Below are positions 35,698 through 45,122 of a stretch of DNA of 64,000 nucleotides, piece by piece. Under the pieces are notes generated by a model. It was given only the letters and a program-made list of their open reading frames with translations. It was not told the DNA's origin and searched no databases. The stretch lies in the sequence record OQ031493.1; one strand, written 5' to 3'. Within the stretch, counting starts at the first letter, position 1. Every line of letters begins with the position of its first letter. Made by a program: the position numbers and the translations under genes.

Positions 35698-37601
35698 TTA
35701 TAGGTATTAATAAACTTCTCTAGCAGGGTGTCCATTTTAGGAGCACCCATGATCTTCTGTGTGATTTCAATAGCATTAACCCTACCACCTGTTAGGTTTA
35801 CACCAACTTCACGGCGATGGTGTTCACTAATTCCTTCCATCATTGAGAATTCCATTACACATGTTTCACGTGCAATATTTAGAATCTGACTGACGTTAGG
35901 ATATGTCGATACAATGTCAAGGTCGGCGATATGACAGAAGATTAAGGTTTTATAATTTGGTAGATCTTTAACGCACTGTAACCCATTTGGACCTGCCATG
36001 TAAGATGGCAATGTAACAATCCAGTCGTTATGTCCAATAACATACTGATCTAACTCGTGTACCATCTGATCAGAACTCGAACCAATAACACATGGCTCTG
36101 GTCTATTCAAATACCAGAAATGCATGTCATCACATAGTCGTTTTGGGTTAGAGCTAAAGTTCTTATAATCTGATGCTTTAGAGAATAGACTTATAGAACG
36201 ACCAAGATCATTTACTTGTTCATCAAGTTGTTCTAGTCGAATGGAGTCGATGATGTTATAAAGACCATATTTGATTTTATGCTTGGTTTGCATCTCACGG
36301 TGCCAATCGATACCTCCAAGATGCATCGTTTCCTCAAATGTTAACTTGCCAAACTCCATCATGTATCTAATGGAATCACCATACGTAAAGTTATCATTTA
36401 ATATAAAATCATTTACCCTGACCCATTCATTACTGCCTATATTTTTAATATATTTAGTAATAACACCGCCAGGACGATCCACTAATTGTTTATTAAAACC
36501 TTCAATAAACTCTTCTAGGTCCTTATCATTTTTAATGGTCGTGGATTTATCGATATTTAGTTCTTTTCTAAGAATAGACTCTAACCGATAGTTAGGATCA
36601 CGTCCTTTAGCTAATCGAGTAACTCGATAAGTTGACATAGAATCAATGCATTGAAAACTAGAGGGTGCTGTAATCCAATGCCACTGATCCTCCGGTCCTT
36701 TTGATTTAGTGACCCCAGATGCAGTGGTGGTCATAGGTTCATCAATCTTAAAATGGAAATACCTATAATTCTTAGGTACTGATGGATCAGAAAAAACATC
36801 AGCTGGATTAACACCATAATGTTCTAATGTTTTTAAGATTCTGCCAATGTCGAAGCTAATATTCCAGAATGCGAAGAAATCTGGTTTCCAGATATGTAGT
36901 CGTTTAAAACATTCAATAATAATATCTACTGGTGTTTCAACAACCATTACTTCAATATCTAGACCACGTTCTTTAATTAGACGTGATAGTACTTCTTCTT
37001 TTTGTGCTTGTTCTAATGTCTCTTTTACTGGATCTTCAATATCACTAACCCATCGTTTTAAATAAGCTAGGAAAGCTTTGTTCTTATGTGTAACTGACAT
37101 ACAGATAATCTGGCCATCGTTCTCAGCTTCATAAACGTTGGTTTCGATGTCACCGCCAGCAACAGTGTTTAGAGAGATTAGACCAGGATAACGTTCTTGA
37201 TAATCATGCTTCAGATAACAGGTTGAACTAACATCACTGCCATATAGGTAAGGACTACGCGCTAGTTGACGAAGAGATCTAGCCGAATAGTCACCTAGGA
37301 TTTTACTAATCTTACGTTTCATGTCAATTTGAGTTGACATGTATTTAACTAAGTTACGCTCATATTCGTAATCTTTCTTTTCTTTATGGTTACGCATTCC
37401 TTTTGCGGTAATCCAAAAAGGACGCTGGTAGTTTTCCCACATCCTTAAATTATTTGCAGTTGTACCATCTTCAAAATGAATTCGTTCTTTAACGAAATGT
37501 GCATCTGTAAACTTACCAAATTGATCAGTACAATAAGTAATATGTTTGGCTTCAATACCCTTAATCTTTTTCTTATTTGTAACCTGTTGTTCATTAGACA
37601 T
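35685..37601 (-). CDS. split family-B DNA polymerase, N-terminal subunit (3'-5' exonuclease plus motif A), gp82-like
   Basis: ExoI GDIET, ExoII FWNISFDIGRI, ExoIII YNIIDS, polymerase motif A DLDIVSTYPN; no motif B or C. Confidence 0.85.
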   Translation of the reverse strand: MSNEQQVTNKKKIKGIEAKHITYCTDQFGKFTDAHFVKERIHFEDGTTANNLRMWENYQRPFWITAKGMRNHKEKKDYEYERNLVKYMSTQIDMKRKISKILGDYSARSLRQLARSPYLYGSDVSSTCYLKHDYQERYPGLISLNTVAGGDIETNVYEAENDGQIICMSVTHKNKAFLAYLKRWVSDIEDPVKETLEQAQKEEVLSRLIKERGLDIEVMVVETPVDIIIECFKRLHIWKPDFFAFWNISFDIGRILKTLEHYGVNPADVFSDPSVPKNYRYFHFKIDEPMTTTASGVTKSKGPEDQWHWITAPSSFQCIDSMSTYRVTRLAKGRDPNYRLESILRKELNIDKSTTIKNDKDLEEFIEGFNKQLVDRPGGVITKYIKNIGSNEWVRVNDFILNDNFTYGDSIRYMMEFGKLTFEETMHLGGIDWHREMQTKHKIKYGLYNIIDSIRLEQLDEQVNDLGRSISLFSKASDYKNFSSNPKRLCDDMHFWYLNRPEPCVIGSSSDQMVHELDQYVIGHNDWIVTLPSYMAGPNGLQCVKDLPNYKTLIFCHIADLDIVSTYPNVSQILNIARETCVMEFSMMEGISEHHRREVGVNLTGGRVNAIEITQKIMGAPKMDTLLEKFINTYKNPK

Positions 37602-37667
37602 TGCTATAACCTCAGCACATATTGATATTTATCTACGTACTATATTAGTGCCTAGTAAAAGTAATAA

Positions 37668-37695
37668 TCGGCATAAAGCCTCCCCTAGGGGAGGC
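37668..37695 (-). terminator. intrinsic terminator
   Basis: GCCTCCCC/GGGGAGGC followed by TTTATGCCGA on the - strand. Confidence 0.75.
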
Positions 37696-37702
37696 AATAT
37701 GT

Positions 37703-39124
37703 TTACATACCAGCTTTCTGCCGGAAGAAGTGTAGAACGAGTTGCCGCTTACCTTCAGGGATGAAACGTGCAAGATAGTTAATATCTACCTGATAAAGCG
37801 CATCTGATACATCACTAGTAAATAGGCAGAATAGAGTAAGAAGATTAATGTGTGCTTCTTGACGGTTATTCTGAGTAGGTAGAGTAGCAACAAAGCGAAG
37901 TGCGTTAGATTCACTAAATAGAGTATTACGATTTTTCTTAACGAAATCAAAGATAATATCCATGCCTGATTTAAAGCCTTCAATATCTTCGATTGTCATT
38001 ACGTAGTTGAATACATCATCTAGTTTCTTTTGTGCATCGCCACCACGTTCGATAGTGATATAGTCACCAGGTTTAGCACCAGTGGCAAACTGCTCTAGAC
38101 GAGATTCGATAAATACTTGGTTCATTTTGGTCATACCTTTACGAAGTACAGGTTCATTAGATGTTGATTCACTATTCAAGATTTTAACTTCCCCGGTTGG
38201 TTTAATATCATCTTTACCAGAGAATACTTTCCATTGCTCAACAATAGTTTCAATATCTTGACTAGTGGTAGGTAAGAATAAACGATCGCGTAACTCAATA
38301 GCAATTTTAAAATCTTTTATCAGATTACTATTTTTAATAAGTCCTTCAGCCCAGTCTTCAAGCTCTGCTGTCGTCCAATCGGTAGGTGGAGCATTATCAC
38401 GAATAACACTATTGACCCAACTACCACGTAGTGTTTTTGGTGGGGTAATACCTTGTTTAACAAAATCAACCACTTCTTGGGTAGACCAATCTAGTGGAAT
38501 ATTACTAGTGTGAATACGCAGTTGCTTGACTAATTCTTCAAGCTTGATACTGTCTTCAGTATTGCGAATATCTTGTTTCAGAGTATCTTCATTAACTACC
38601 GGTACAATTACTTCCTCAGTAGTCTCATTCTCTTTAGCCCGTTTAGTTAAAATATCATCAGCAATATCTGCGATATCATTAACTACACCAGTTAGACGAT
38701 GGTTAGCAGCATCGATTAGTTCATCATCTGACCATTCATCATAAGGACGATATTTACGGGTTGGGTCAAATACAAAGCTACCGAGTTCAGTTTTACCTTT
38801 AGCAATGCCATCATTGGTAAACCATTCAATGACGTTTTCATCTGTCCATGTTTCAGGAATATCATGGTCAGTACGCAGTGCATTTACATTAACTTTAGCT
38901 AATTCTGAGGTATCGTTAACTGTATTAACTGAAGAATTAATATCATCTGCTGTAGCATATACTTCCTCAGGAGATACTAATTCAATATTTGTTAATCCTC
39001 GACCAATTTCAGAAGTTGGCTTATCTTCAGTTACTTCTGATAAAACTTCGTCTTTGACAATAGGTTTTTCAGGTAAACGATTGAGTTGAGGAAACTTTCC
39101 AAATCGTTGATTCTTTTTAGACAT
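37703..39124 (-). CDS. conserved protein (gp81 position) with an internal tandem domain repeat
   Basis: 473 aa; two copies of IP..W....V...G...KT..GS.V...R...P...W...EL.D.A. Confidence 0.7.
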   Translation of the reverse strand: MSKKNQRFGKFPQLNRLPEKPIVKDEVLSEVTEDKPTSEIGRGLTNIELVSPEEVYATADDINSSVNTVNDTSELAKVNVNALRTDHDIPETWTDENVIEWFTNDGIAKGKTELGSFVFDPTRKYRPYDEWSDDELIDAANHRLTGVVNDIADIADDILTKRAKENETTEEVIVPVVNEDTLKQDIRNTEDSIKLEELVKQLRIHTSNIPLDWSTQEVVDFVKQGITPPKTLRGSWVNSVIRDNAPPTDWTTAELEDWAEGLIKNSNLIKDFKIAIELRDRLFLPTTSQDIETIVEQWKVFSGKDDIKPTGEVKILNSESTSNEPVLRKGMTKMNQVFIESRLEQFATGAKPGDYITIERGGDAQKKLDDVFNYVMTIEDIEGFKSGMDIIFDFVKKNRNTLFSESNALRFVATLPTQNNRQEAHINLLTLFCLFTSDVSDALYQVDINYLARFIPEGKRQLVLHFFRQKAGM

Positions 39125-39186
39125 TACTAGTTCCTTTCGGGTTATAATCTAAATAATGGAGAAGCTGAGTAACTTCTCCATCTATT

Positions 39187-40545
39187 TTAACTGATGCGAT
39201 CGCGATAAGACCATTTAACAGTCTTAAGAACAGCACTGTGCATTTTAGACATGAAGATGGATAGGAATCGACCACCTACACCTGCTGCCGCTGCCGGTAT
39301 GCCATTGGGGTTCTCTGACATTTGTTTACCCATACAGACAGCGCATACGTTCTTACCTCTACCTATTACACCATTAGCTGGATCACCACCGGCCTTACAT
39401 GTCATTGGACCACGTAGTTCAATCTCAGTGCCAACTAGTTCATCAATATTAGTTTCTTCAATAAGGATAGATTTCCCATTCTTAACATAAGACAAGCCAA
39501 TGAAATCTTTCTTATTAAATTGATGAACAGTGGTTGGAATACCTATCCATGTGTTGCAGTCTTCCATAATAATCCTGACTGTACCAACCATTCGATAAAT
39601 CGTTTTAGTTGACTCACCGCCAAGGGCTGTTTGTGCACCACGGTTATATGAGCCATAACGTAATGAGTTATTCATTACTGGCATATGGTCAGTGTCAATG
39701 CCTTCTTCCAATGATTTACCGATATATTCAACCGATGTACCATCTTGGAATGGTGCTTCCCCACCAAACATACCAAATACTTTCTTACGCACGCCACCAA
39801 ATAATTTACTATGTTTAGTGTCATAGAACTCATAAGAAGGATCGTCTTTTAGATAGTCCTCATCTAGCTTGATTAACGCATTACCCATTTCTGCAATAAC
39901 AGCCGGATCATCTAACCGATCTTTATATTTCTCTTCTAGTTCTTTACGTAACTTATCTCTGTCTGGTGCAGAGGTCATTGATTTCTCAGTAATGGATGTT
40001 ACCAAGGTACTAGCATATGCTGGCAATGCTAAACAATGATCTGCAAACATCCGATATTGCCATACATATAGCTTACCATCAGTTGCACGCGGTGGATTAT
40101 CATCATCAATTGGATCATCGATCATGCGGTTAAGAATTTCTTTCTCAACTTTACCAATATCGAAATAACCAGATTGGAATGGGAACAGATCACCAAAAGG
40201 TAAACATAATACTAAATGGTTAACAAAAACGTTACCATAAGTTGTTCTTAATGCACCTGGTCCTTTATAGTTTTCAATTTCACCAGGTTGTAAAATGAAT
40301 TCATCTCGAAATGCTAATGGTTGTTTACCTTCAATATAATCGTCGATATAAACAACTTCATCATTAGAATCGCCTTCTTTATAGAAGAACATTTTACCAT
40401 CTTTGAAATATGGCTTGTATAGATATTCACCACCATCATTTGGGTTATAAACGATATTAAATAAAACGTTAACCCATGCTCGTTTCTTATCTAATCCAGC
40501 ATTGATACCCATTAGAAAATAATCACGTAATTTCATTAGTATCAC
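39187..40545 (-). CDS. virion RNA polymerase beta'-like C-terminal subunit, gp80-like
   Basis: GGESTK, CNTWIG/CKAGG/CAVCMG Zn-type cysteines, GIPAAAAGVGGRFLSIFMSKMH (trigger-loop region). Confidence 0.85.
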   Translation of the reverse strand: MILMKLRDYFLMGINAGLDKKRAWVNVLFNIVYNPNDGGEYLYKPYFKDGKMFFYKEGDSNDEVVYIDDYIEGKQPLAFRDEFILQPGEIENYKGPGALRTTYGNVFVNHLVLCLPFGDLFPFQSGYFDIGKVEKEILNRMIDDPIDDDNPPRATDGKLYVWQYRMFADHCLALPAYASTLVTSITEKSMTSAPDRDKLRKELEEKYKDRLDDPAVIAEMGNALIKLDEDYLKDDPSYEFYDTKHSKLFGGVRKKVFGMFGGEAPFQDGTSVEYIGKSLEEGIDTDHMPVMNNSLRYGSYNRGAQTALGGESTKTIYRMVGTVRIIMEDCNTWIGIPTTVHQFNKKDFIGLSYVKNGKSILIEETNIDELVGTEIELRGPMTCKAGGDPANGVIGRGKNVCAVCMGKQMSENPNGIPAAAAGVGGRFLSIFMSKMHSAVLKTVKWSYRDRIS

Positions 40546-41413
40546 CTATGCTATTTAAAATCTTTTTAGCTTCATTTTCCATAATAGATCGTTCAATATT
40601 GTTAGATGTGAAATCATCTATAATACTCATTACGGTTCTACTAATTTCATTCTGTTCAGTATTTGAAATTAATACCAATCCGACAATTTCTTTAGCAACT
40701 TCAATAGGCGTCATAGCATCTAATGGGCCAAATGAAATTTGTAATAGGTCATCAATATTCCTTTTACCAACACGTAATCCTGCATTAACTAGTTCCATAG
40801 CTAACTTAAATGATGCCCGCGTATGAATACGAATAAGGCGATTAATTAAATTAATCCGTTCGACATTACTTACATTGCCATATGCTTGACCACGGGTAGT
40901 AAGTACTGACTGAATAAATGATGTAATATTACTAATAAGTGTTGGTGATACACTTTCAATTAAGTCAATGATATTTAAGAAATCTACACTTGTATCGATA
41001 AGTTCTACCAGATGTGCTAACGTCTCTTCGGGTGAATATTCGGCTAACAGAATATCATTCACTTCATCTGGAATAATGTAATCTTCTAAACTAAGGAGTG
41101 TATTAACAACAGCTTGCCGTTCAGCCTGAGTTGCTTCATCACTAATTTTAATAAGATGTTCATTTAGAATTTCATCTTGTGCAATGCGAATGATATCATC
41201 AATGCGAGAAAGAAGCATTGCATTATCTGAGATACCTGATTGAATCTGACATACTGTATTTAGTTCATCTAGAGCTGCAACATAATTGATCTTTTCAAAA
41301 GATGCTACACAGTCTAGGATAACTTCTTTACGCTCTTCATGTATAAGAGGCGTAAGATAACTATCAATGAAATCTTTCATGACGATATCCTTTTTATACG
41401 GAATTATTAACAT
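40523..41413 (-). CDS. conserved protein, gp79-like
   Basis: 296-aa helical ORF; synteny. Confidence 0.6.
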   Translation of the reverse strand: MLIIPYKKDIVMKDFIDSYLTPLIHEERKEVILDCVASFEKINYVAALDELNTVCQIQSGISDNAMLLSRIDDIIRIAQDEILNEHLIKISDEATQAERQAVVNTLLSLEDYIIPDEVNDILLAEYSPEETLAHLVELIDTSVDFLNIIDLIESVSPTLISNITSFIQSVLTTRGQAYGNVSNVERINLINRLIRIHTRASFKLAMELVNAGLRVGKRNIDDLLQISFGPLDAMTPIEVAKEIVGLVLISNTEQNEISRTVMSIIDDFTSNNIERSIMENEAKKILNSIGDTNEIT

Positions 41414-41551
41414 AGGGTTGGACAGATAGTTATTCTTTAATATAGTGTAAAATTACCAAATGTGTTAAATATATGTTGAACTAATCATTTTTTTCATTTG
41501 TCAATTTATATTGGCAAATATTAAATTAAGCCTCTATCGGAGTATAACAAG

Positions 41552-42046
41552 ATGTCAAATAAAGCTAAAGAACCAACTCTAACTAAAGAACAGGAAAAGA
41601 CTCTACGTCTATTTGAACGTGCAGTTGGAGCATCAGCTGCCGCAGCTGATCATATTCTTAACCGTGATGGTTGGGATGTTGTCAATGTACTAGCAGGTTC
41701 CGTAGGTAAACGTATTCTACAAACTGAAGTATTCATTAATCCAGTTATCAATAAGATCAATGAAATCATTCCGACGTTATCTGATCCTACTGGATTCCAA
41801 AAGAACCTACAAACAGTTATTGCTGACCTTAATCGACTAACTAAAATTATCAGTGTCCTATATGCACAACATCAAGGTAAGGCTGGTCCAGCAAATAATG
41901 AAGATGAACTAAAACTCATCAGTGAACTTGTTACTAAATACACTGGTATTGAAGGTGCTATTGAACGCGGTATTGATGGTGTAATCCTAGCGATGATCGG
42001 CACTCTTCGAGAAGCTGGTTGGGACGAAAAACTAATTCAACAATAA
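41552..42046 (+). CDS. conserved protein (gp78 position)
   Basis: 164 aa; GGAG SD. Confidence 0.65.
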   Translation: MSNKAKEPTLTKEQEKTLRLFERAVGASAAAADHILNRDGWDVVNVLAGSVGKRILQTEVFINPVINKINEIIPTLSDPTGFQKNLQTVIADLNRLTKIISVLYAQHQGKAGPANNEDELKLISELVTKYTGIEGAIERGIDGVILAMIGTLREAGWDEKLIQQ

Positions 42047-42057
42047 TGGAGTTTTAA

Positions 42058-43659
42058 ATGGCTACTGCTGACTTCGATAATGAGTACGATGATACTCCAG
42101 AAGAGAATCTACTAGATCAAATTGATGAGATCAATGCGCAACACGATCCTGACTCTAGTATTGAAAATAATGACGAGGTGGAAACTCCACCTTTCGTTCC
42201 TGATCAAAAAGAAATTAAACTACGTATTCCACGTAATGCTAAAACTGGAAATATTCGGGATGCTTCTGAACCGGCTATTAAAGACAGTGCTAGCATTCTT
42301 ACTTTGCTACGTGAGAACCCCCAGACTGTTTATGATTTCCTGGATCACAATAAAGAACTATTTAAAGCATTTGCTGATAATAAAGTAGATGACACTAGTG
42401 ATGGTGTAAAGTGGACAGCTGCTATTCTGGAGGGCTTAGCTCACTCTATTGTTGAAGATGCACCAATCGGTGCAACTGCCCGAGAAGGCTCTGAATGGTC
42501 TAGTGAAATTCCTTATGGTGAAAAGATCATTCGACCTGGACGACCTGTATTTAATACCAGTGGTCGTAAAATGACCGATGATGAAACTCTAGTTTTCCTA
42601 ACACGTAAAGCTAACATCGGTACGCCATATGATACTTTCCTACCTCATTCAGGTATTTGGGTAAAACTACGTGCACCTACTGGTACTGAAGTAGCTGCCC
42701 TACAAGCACGTCTAGCACAATTAAAGATCCGGCTAGGCGCTGAATCAAAAGGTATGCTGTTCTCAAACATGGCAGCTGTGTTACTTAACATGGTTAGTAG
42801 TTTAGCACTTGCATGTGTTATTCAATCCAACTATAAGTTCAACACCCCAACTGATCTAGAGCATGTTATCTCAGTAGCTGATGAGCCGTTCTTGCATCAC
42901 GCACTAGCGGCGACTATGTATCCAGATGGATTTAATTATAGTTATCCATGCATTGCAGATGCCAATACATGTAACCATATTGAAACAGCGAAACTTAATA
43001 TGTCAACGCTTGTTCAATATGATCTACTGGCATTCTCAGAAGAACAAAAGAAATATATTGCACGTAAGTTTAATGCATGTACTGAATCTGATCTTAAGAC
43101 TTATAAAGAAGGATTCCGTATTGAAACTCAAGTAACTGAAATGTTTGGTGACGTTGGTGTTGTTCTTGAGATGTGTACAATTGCTGATCGCCGAGAGTCT
43201 GGTGATAGTTGGATTAACTCAATTATCGATATGACTCAAGGTAGTTTTAATGAACCAGTCGATGGTCCGCAACGTTCTCAGTATATTGCACGTTTACAAA
43301 AGATCTCTATTGCCCGTCAGTTCTCACATTTTGTTAAAGAAATTAAAGTACGTGAAGATGACGATGGTGAAAGTTCTGAAGACAATATTCGTACTGCAAC
43401 CACTAATCGTGAAACTATTGAAAAGTTCTTAACTAATATTCTATCCACACCGGAATATAATGACCGCTTTATTAATGCGGTGAGTAACTTCATTGATTCA
43501 CAACTAATTGGAATGATTGCAATTACAAGTTGGAATTGTCCAGTATGTGAGTCACCTGCCGCTACTAAATTTAAAGAACGTTTCCCACACTTAATCCCTA
43601 TTGACATGCTGTCAACTTTTTTTACTTTGGCGGCCTCGAAGTCAAACCGGATGGTGTAG
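42058..43659 (+). CDS. gp77-like protein, candidate tail/baseplate assembly chaperone
   Basis: 533 aa; C-terminal WNCPVCE Cys pair followed by STFF at a T7 slippery run. Confidence 0.7.
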   Translation: MATADFDNEYDDTPEENLLDQIDEINAQHDPDSSIENNDEVETPPFVPDQKEIKLRIPRNAKTGNIRDASEPAIKDSASILTLLRENPQTVYDFLDHNKELFKAFADNKVDDTSDGVKWTAAILEGLAHSIVEDAPIGATAREGSEWSSEIPYGEKIIRPGRPVFNTSGRKMTDDETLVFLTRKANIGTPYDTFLPHSGIWVKLRAPTGTEVAALQARLAQLKIRLGAESKGMLFSNMAAVLLNMVSSLALACVIQSNYKFNTPTDLEHVISVADEPFLHHALAATMYPDGFNYSYPCIADANTCNHIETAKLNMSTLVQYDLLAFSEEQKKYIARKFNACTESDLKTYKEGFRIETQVTEMFGDVGVVLEMCTIADRRESGDSWINSIIDMTQGSFNEPVDGPQRSQYIARLQKISIARQFSHFVKEIKVREDDDGESSEDNIRTATTNRETIEKFLTNILSTPEYNDRFINAVSNFIDSQLIGMIAITSWNCPVCESPAATKFKERFPHLIPIDMLSTFFTLAASKSNRMV

Positions 43660-44120
43660 TTAATGATCTGAGATATAGTCGTCTTGAGGCCACTTTCAAG
43701 GAAGATAGTGGTCACATCCTACATCCAAACTTTGGTTATGATAAGTTAACTGAAGATGATACACACTTAGATAGACTATTATCGACAGTAGGGGCAGTAA
43801 GACCGTCTACAGCAGCACGTTTAACAAGAGAAGCATATCTACTTGATTACGATATCGGTTCACCAGAAAACGGACCCATGTGGTTAAATAAGGTAAATCC
43901 TAAAGAGGACTTTATCGAAGGTGGGTTGAGAAGGAGACTGACTAGAGATTTCTTCAAGTATAAAGTAGGTAGCTTATCTAATATGTCATTAACTGAATTC
44001 TTTGAATTAGCTTATTCTGAGGTAGAATACATAATTGAATTATGTAGAAATATTACCCATAATGAAGCTGTTAATAACAATAACCAGTTAAATGAATTAA
44101 ACAAGCCGTTAACTAAATAA
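43623..44120 (+). CDS. -1 frame extension of the gp77-like gene (GT-like); ORF track shows only 43878..44120
   Basis: Frame open from 43605 to the TAA at 44118 with no ATG/GTG/TTG before 43878. Confidence 0.65.
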   Translation, partial: YFGGLEVKPDGVVNDLRYSRLEATFKEDSGHILHPNFGYDKLTEDDTHLDRLLSTVGAVRPSTAARLTREAYLLDYDIGSPENGPMWLNKVNPKEDFIEGGLRRRLTRDFFKYKVGSLSNMSLTEFFELAYSEVEYIIELCRNITHNEAVNNNNQLNELNKPLTK

Positions 44121-44138
44121 AAAAAAAATAAAGACAGG

Positions 44139-44170
44139 CCCCTCTCCATGTGGAGAGGGGTTTATGTCGC
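44139..44170. terminator. bidirectional terminator
   Basis: CCCCTCTCCA/TGGAGAGGGG plus TTTATGTCGC; A-run on the other side. Confidence 0.8.
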
Positions 44171-44171
44171 C

Positions 44172-44315
44172 TTACTTACGTGCAAAGCTAGCTACAAGAC
44201 CTTTGATAGCTAGAGCGACCATCCAGGCCGTTAACCCCTTCATTGGGCGGATATCAACCCGTTCTTCGATATCCAGATTGCCCTCACTATTGATTACCTC
44301 AATTCGTACTTGCAT
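44172..44315 (-). CDS. small protein (47 aa) with hydrophobic C-terminus
   Basis: AAGGAG SD; reads MQVRIEVINSEGNLDIEERVDIRPMKGLTAWMVALAIKGLVASFARK*. Confidence 0.65.
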   Translation of the reverse strand: MQVRIEVINSEGNLDIEERVDIRPMKGLTAWMVALAIKGLVASFARK

Positions 44316-44410
44316 GGTCTACTCCTTATCAGGGTGGGATATGATATTCAAAAGTCTTTTGATATAAAGATGGCATATTACCCCACCAATAAAAGGCGGG
44401 GTAATATTTA

Positions 44411-44605
44411 TTAAACCATCAGATATCCTAATGGGAATAAAGCAAAGAAGCCATATAAAACAACAAGCAGTGTCTTTTGGCGAACATACCGGGATTTAAT
44501 ACTATCTTTATCTAAGTCAAACTTGACATAAAGATAAATCTGATAACTTTTATATCCCATACTAGCCACAAGGGCTATTACTATAAGTTGACACAAAAAG
44601 ACCAT
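44411..44605 (-). CDS. small two-TM membrane protein (64 aa)
   Basis: Two hydrophobic segments separated by a basic loop. Confidence 0.6.
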   Translation of the reverse strand: MVFLCQLIVIALVASMGYKSYQIYLYVKFDLDKDSIKSRYVRQKTLLVVLYGFFALFPLGYLMV

Positions 44606-44660
44606 AGTGGGATGCTCTTATTATTAGAGAACAATGATCAATTGTTCTTACATAGCATGT

Positions 44661-44852
44661 CTATTTAATATGCATGATTATCATATTAAATAACCACAAC
44701 CCTAACATAAGGGTAAACATACTGCAAATCAAGCCACTTACAATCATTGCTTTTTGTTTGATTGTTTTAGCAGCAGCAAGAAATATAATTGAAGTTATTA
44801 ATCCACTAAATGCAATTAATAGTGGTACTAAAAATAACAATACCCGAGCCAT
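44661..44852 (-). CDS. small two-TM membrane protein (63 aa)
   Basis: GAGGTG SD; two hydrophobic helices. Confidence 0.7.
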   Translation of the reverse strand: MARVLLFLVPLLIAFSGLITSIIFLAAAKTIKQKAMIVSGLICSMFTLMLGLWLFNMIIMHIK

Positions 44853-44864
44853 ATAGACACCTCA

Positions 44865-45122
44865 TCAAAATAGATAAGTTGTACATGTCAGTGAATAGTT
44901 AGTCCAGCAACTAACAATAGTACTTACCCATATGGTAACTAATACAATGCTTACGGAGAGAAAAAGCATAGCGTACTGGCATGCACTTTTATTAAAGATA
45001 TCTTTAAACTCAAGATATGTTTTAATAATAAATATCAGCATGCATGTTAGAAGAATATCAACTAAGATCAAAGTACTGACTAGAAGCCATGTTGCACCAA
45101 AGATCTGATCAACTGTATACAT
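44865..45122 (-). CDS. small two-TM membrane protein (85 aa)
   Basis: Start moved to MYTVDQ (TAATG overlap, GGAG SD). Confidence 0.65.
   Translation of the reverse strand: MYTVDQIFGATWLLVSTLILVDILLTCMLIFIIKTYLEFKDIFNKSACQYAMLFLSVSIVLVTIWVSTIVSCWTNYSLTCTTYLF

Noticed and set aside
35508-35723. 71-aa + strand ORF
   Set aside because: Shadow of the minus-strand NADAR-like frame and the polymerase end; the sequence is not protein-like.
36350-36580. Possible mini-intein or insertion in the polymerase (NIDKSTT...RYMMEF)
   Set aside because: No C/S...HN-C/S/T intein termini; I cannot show it is an insertion without an alignment.
44401-44415. Extra early promoter TTTAATAAATATTAC before the 47-aa ORF
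   Set aside because: Spacing is 2 nt shorter than in the other copies, and the TATTAC is part of a hairpin stem.
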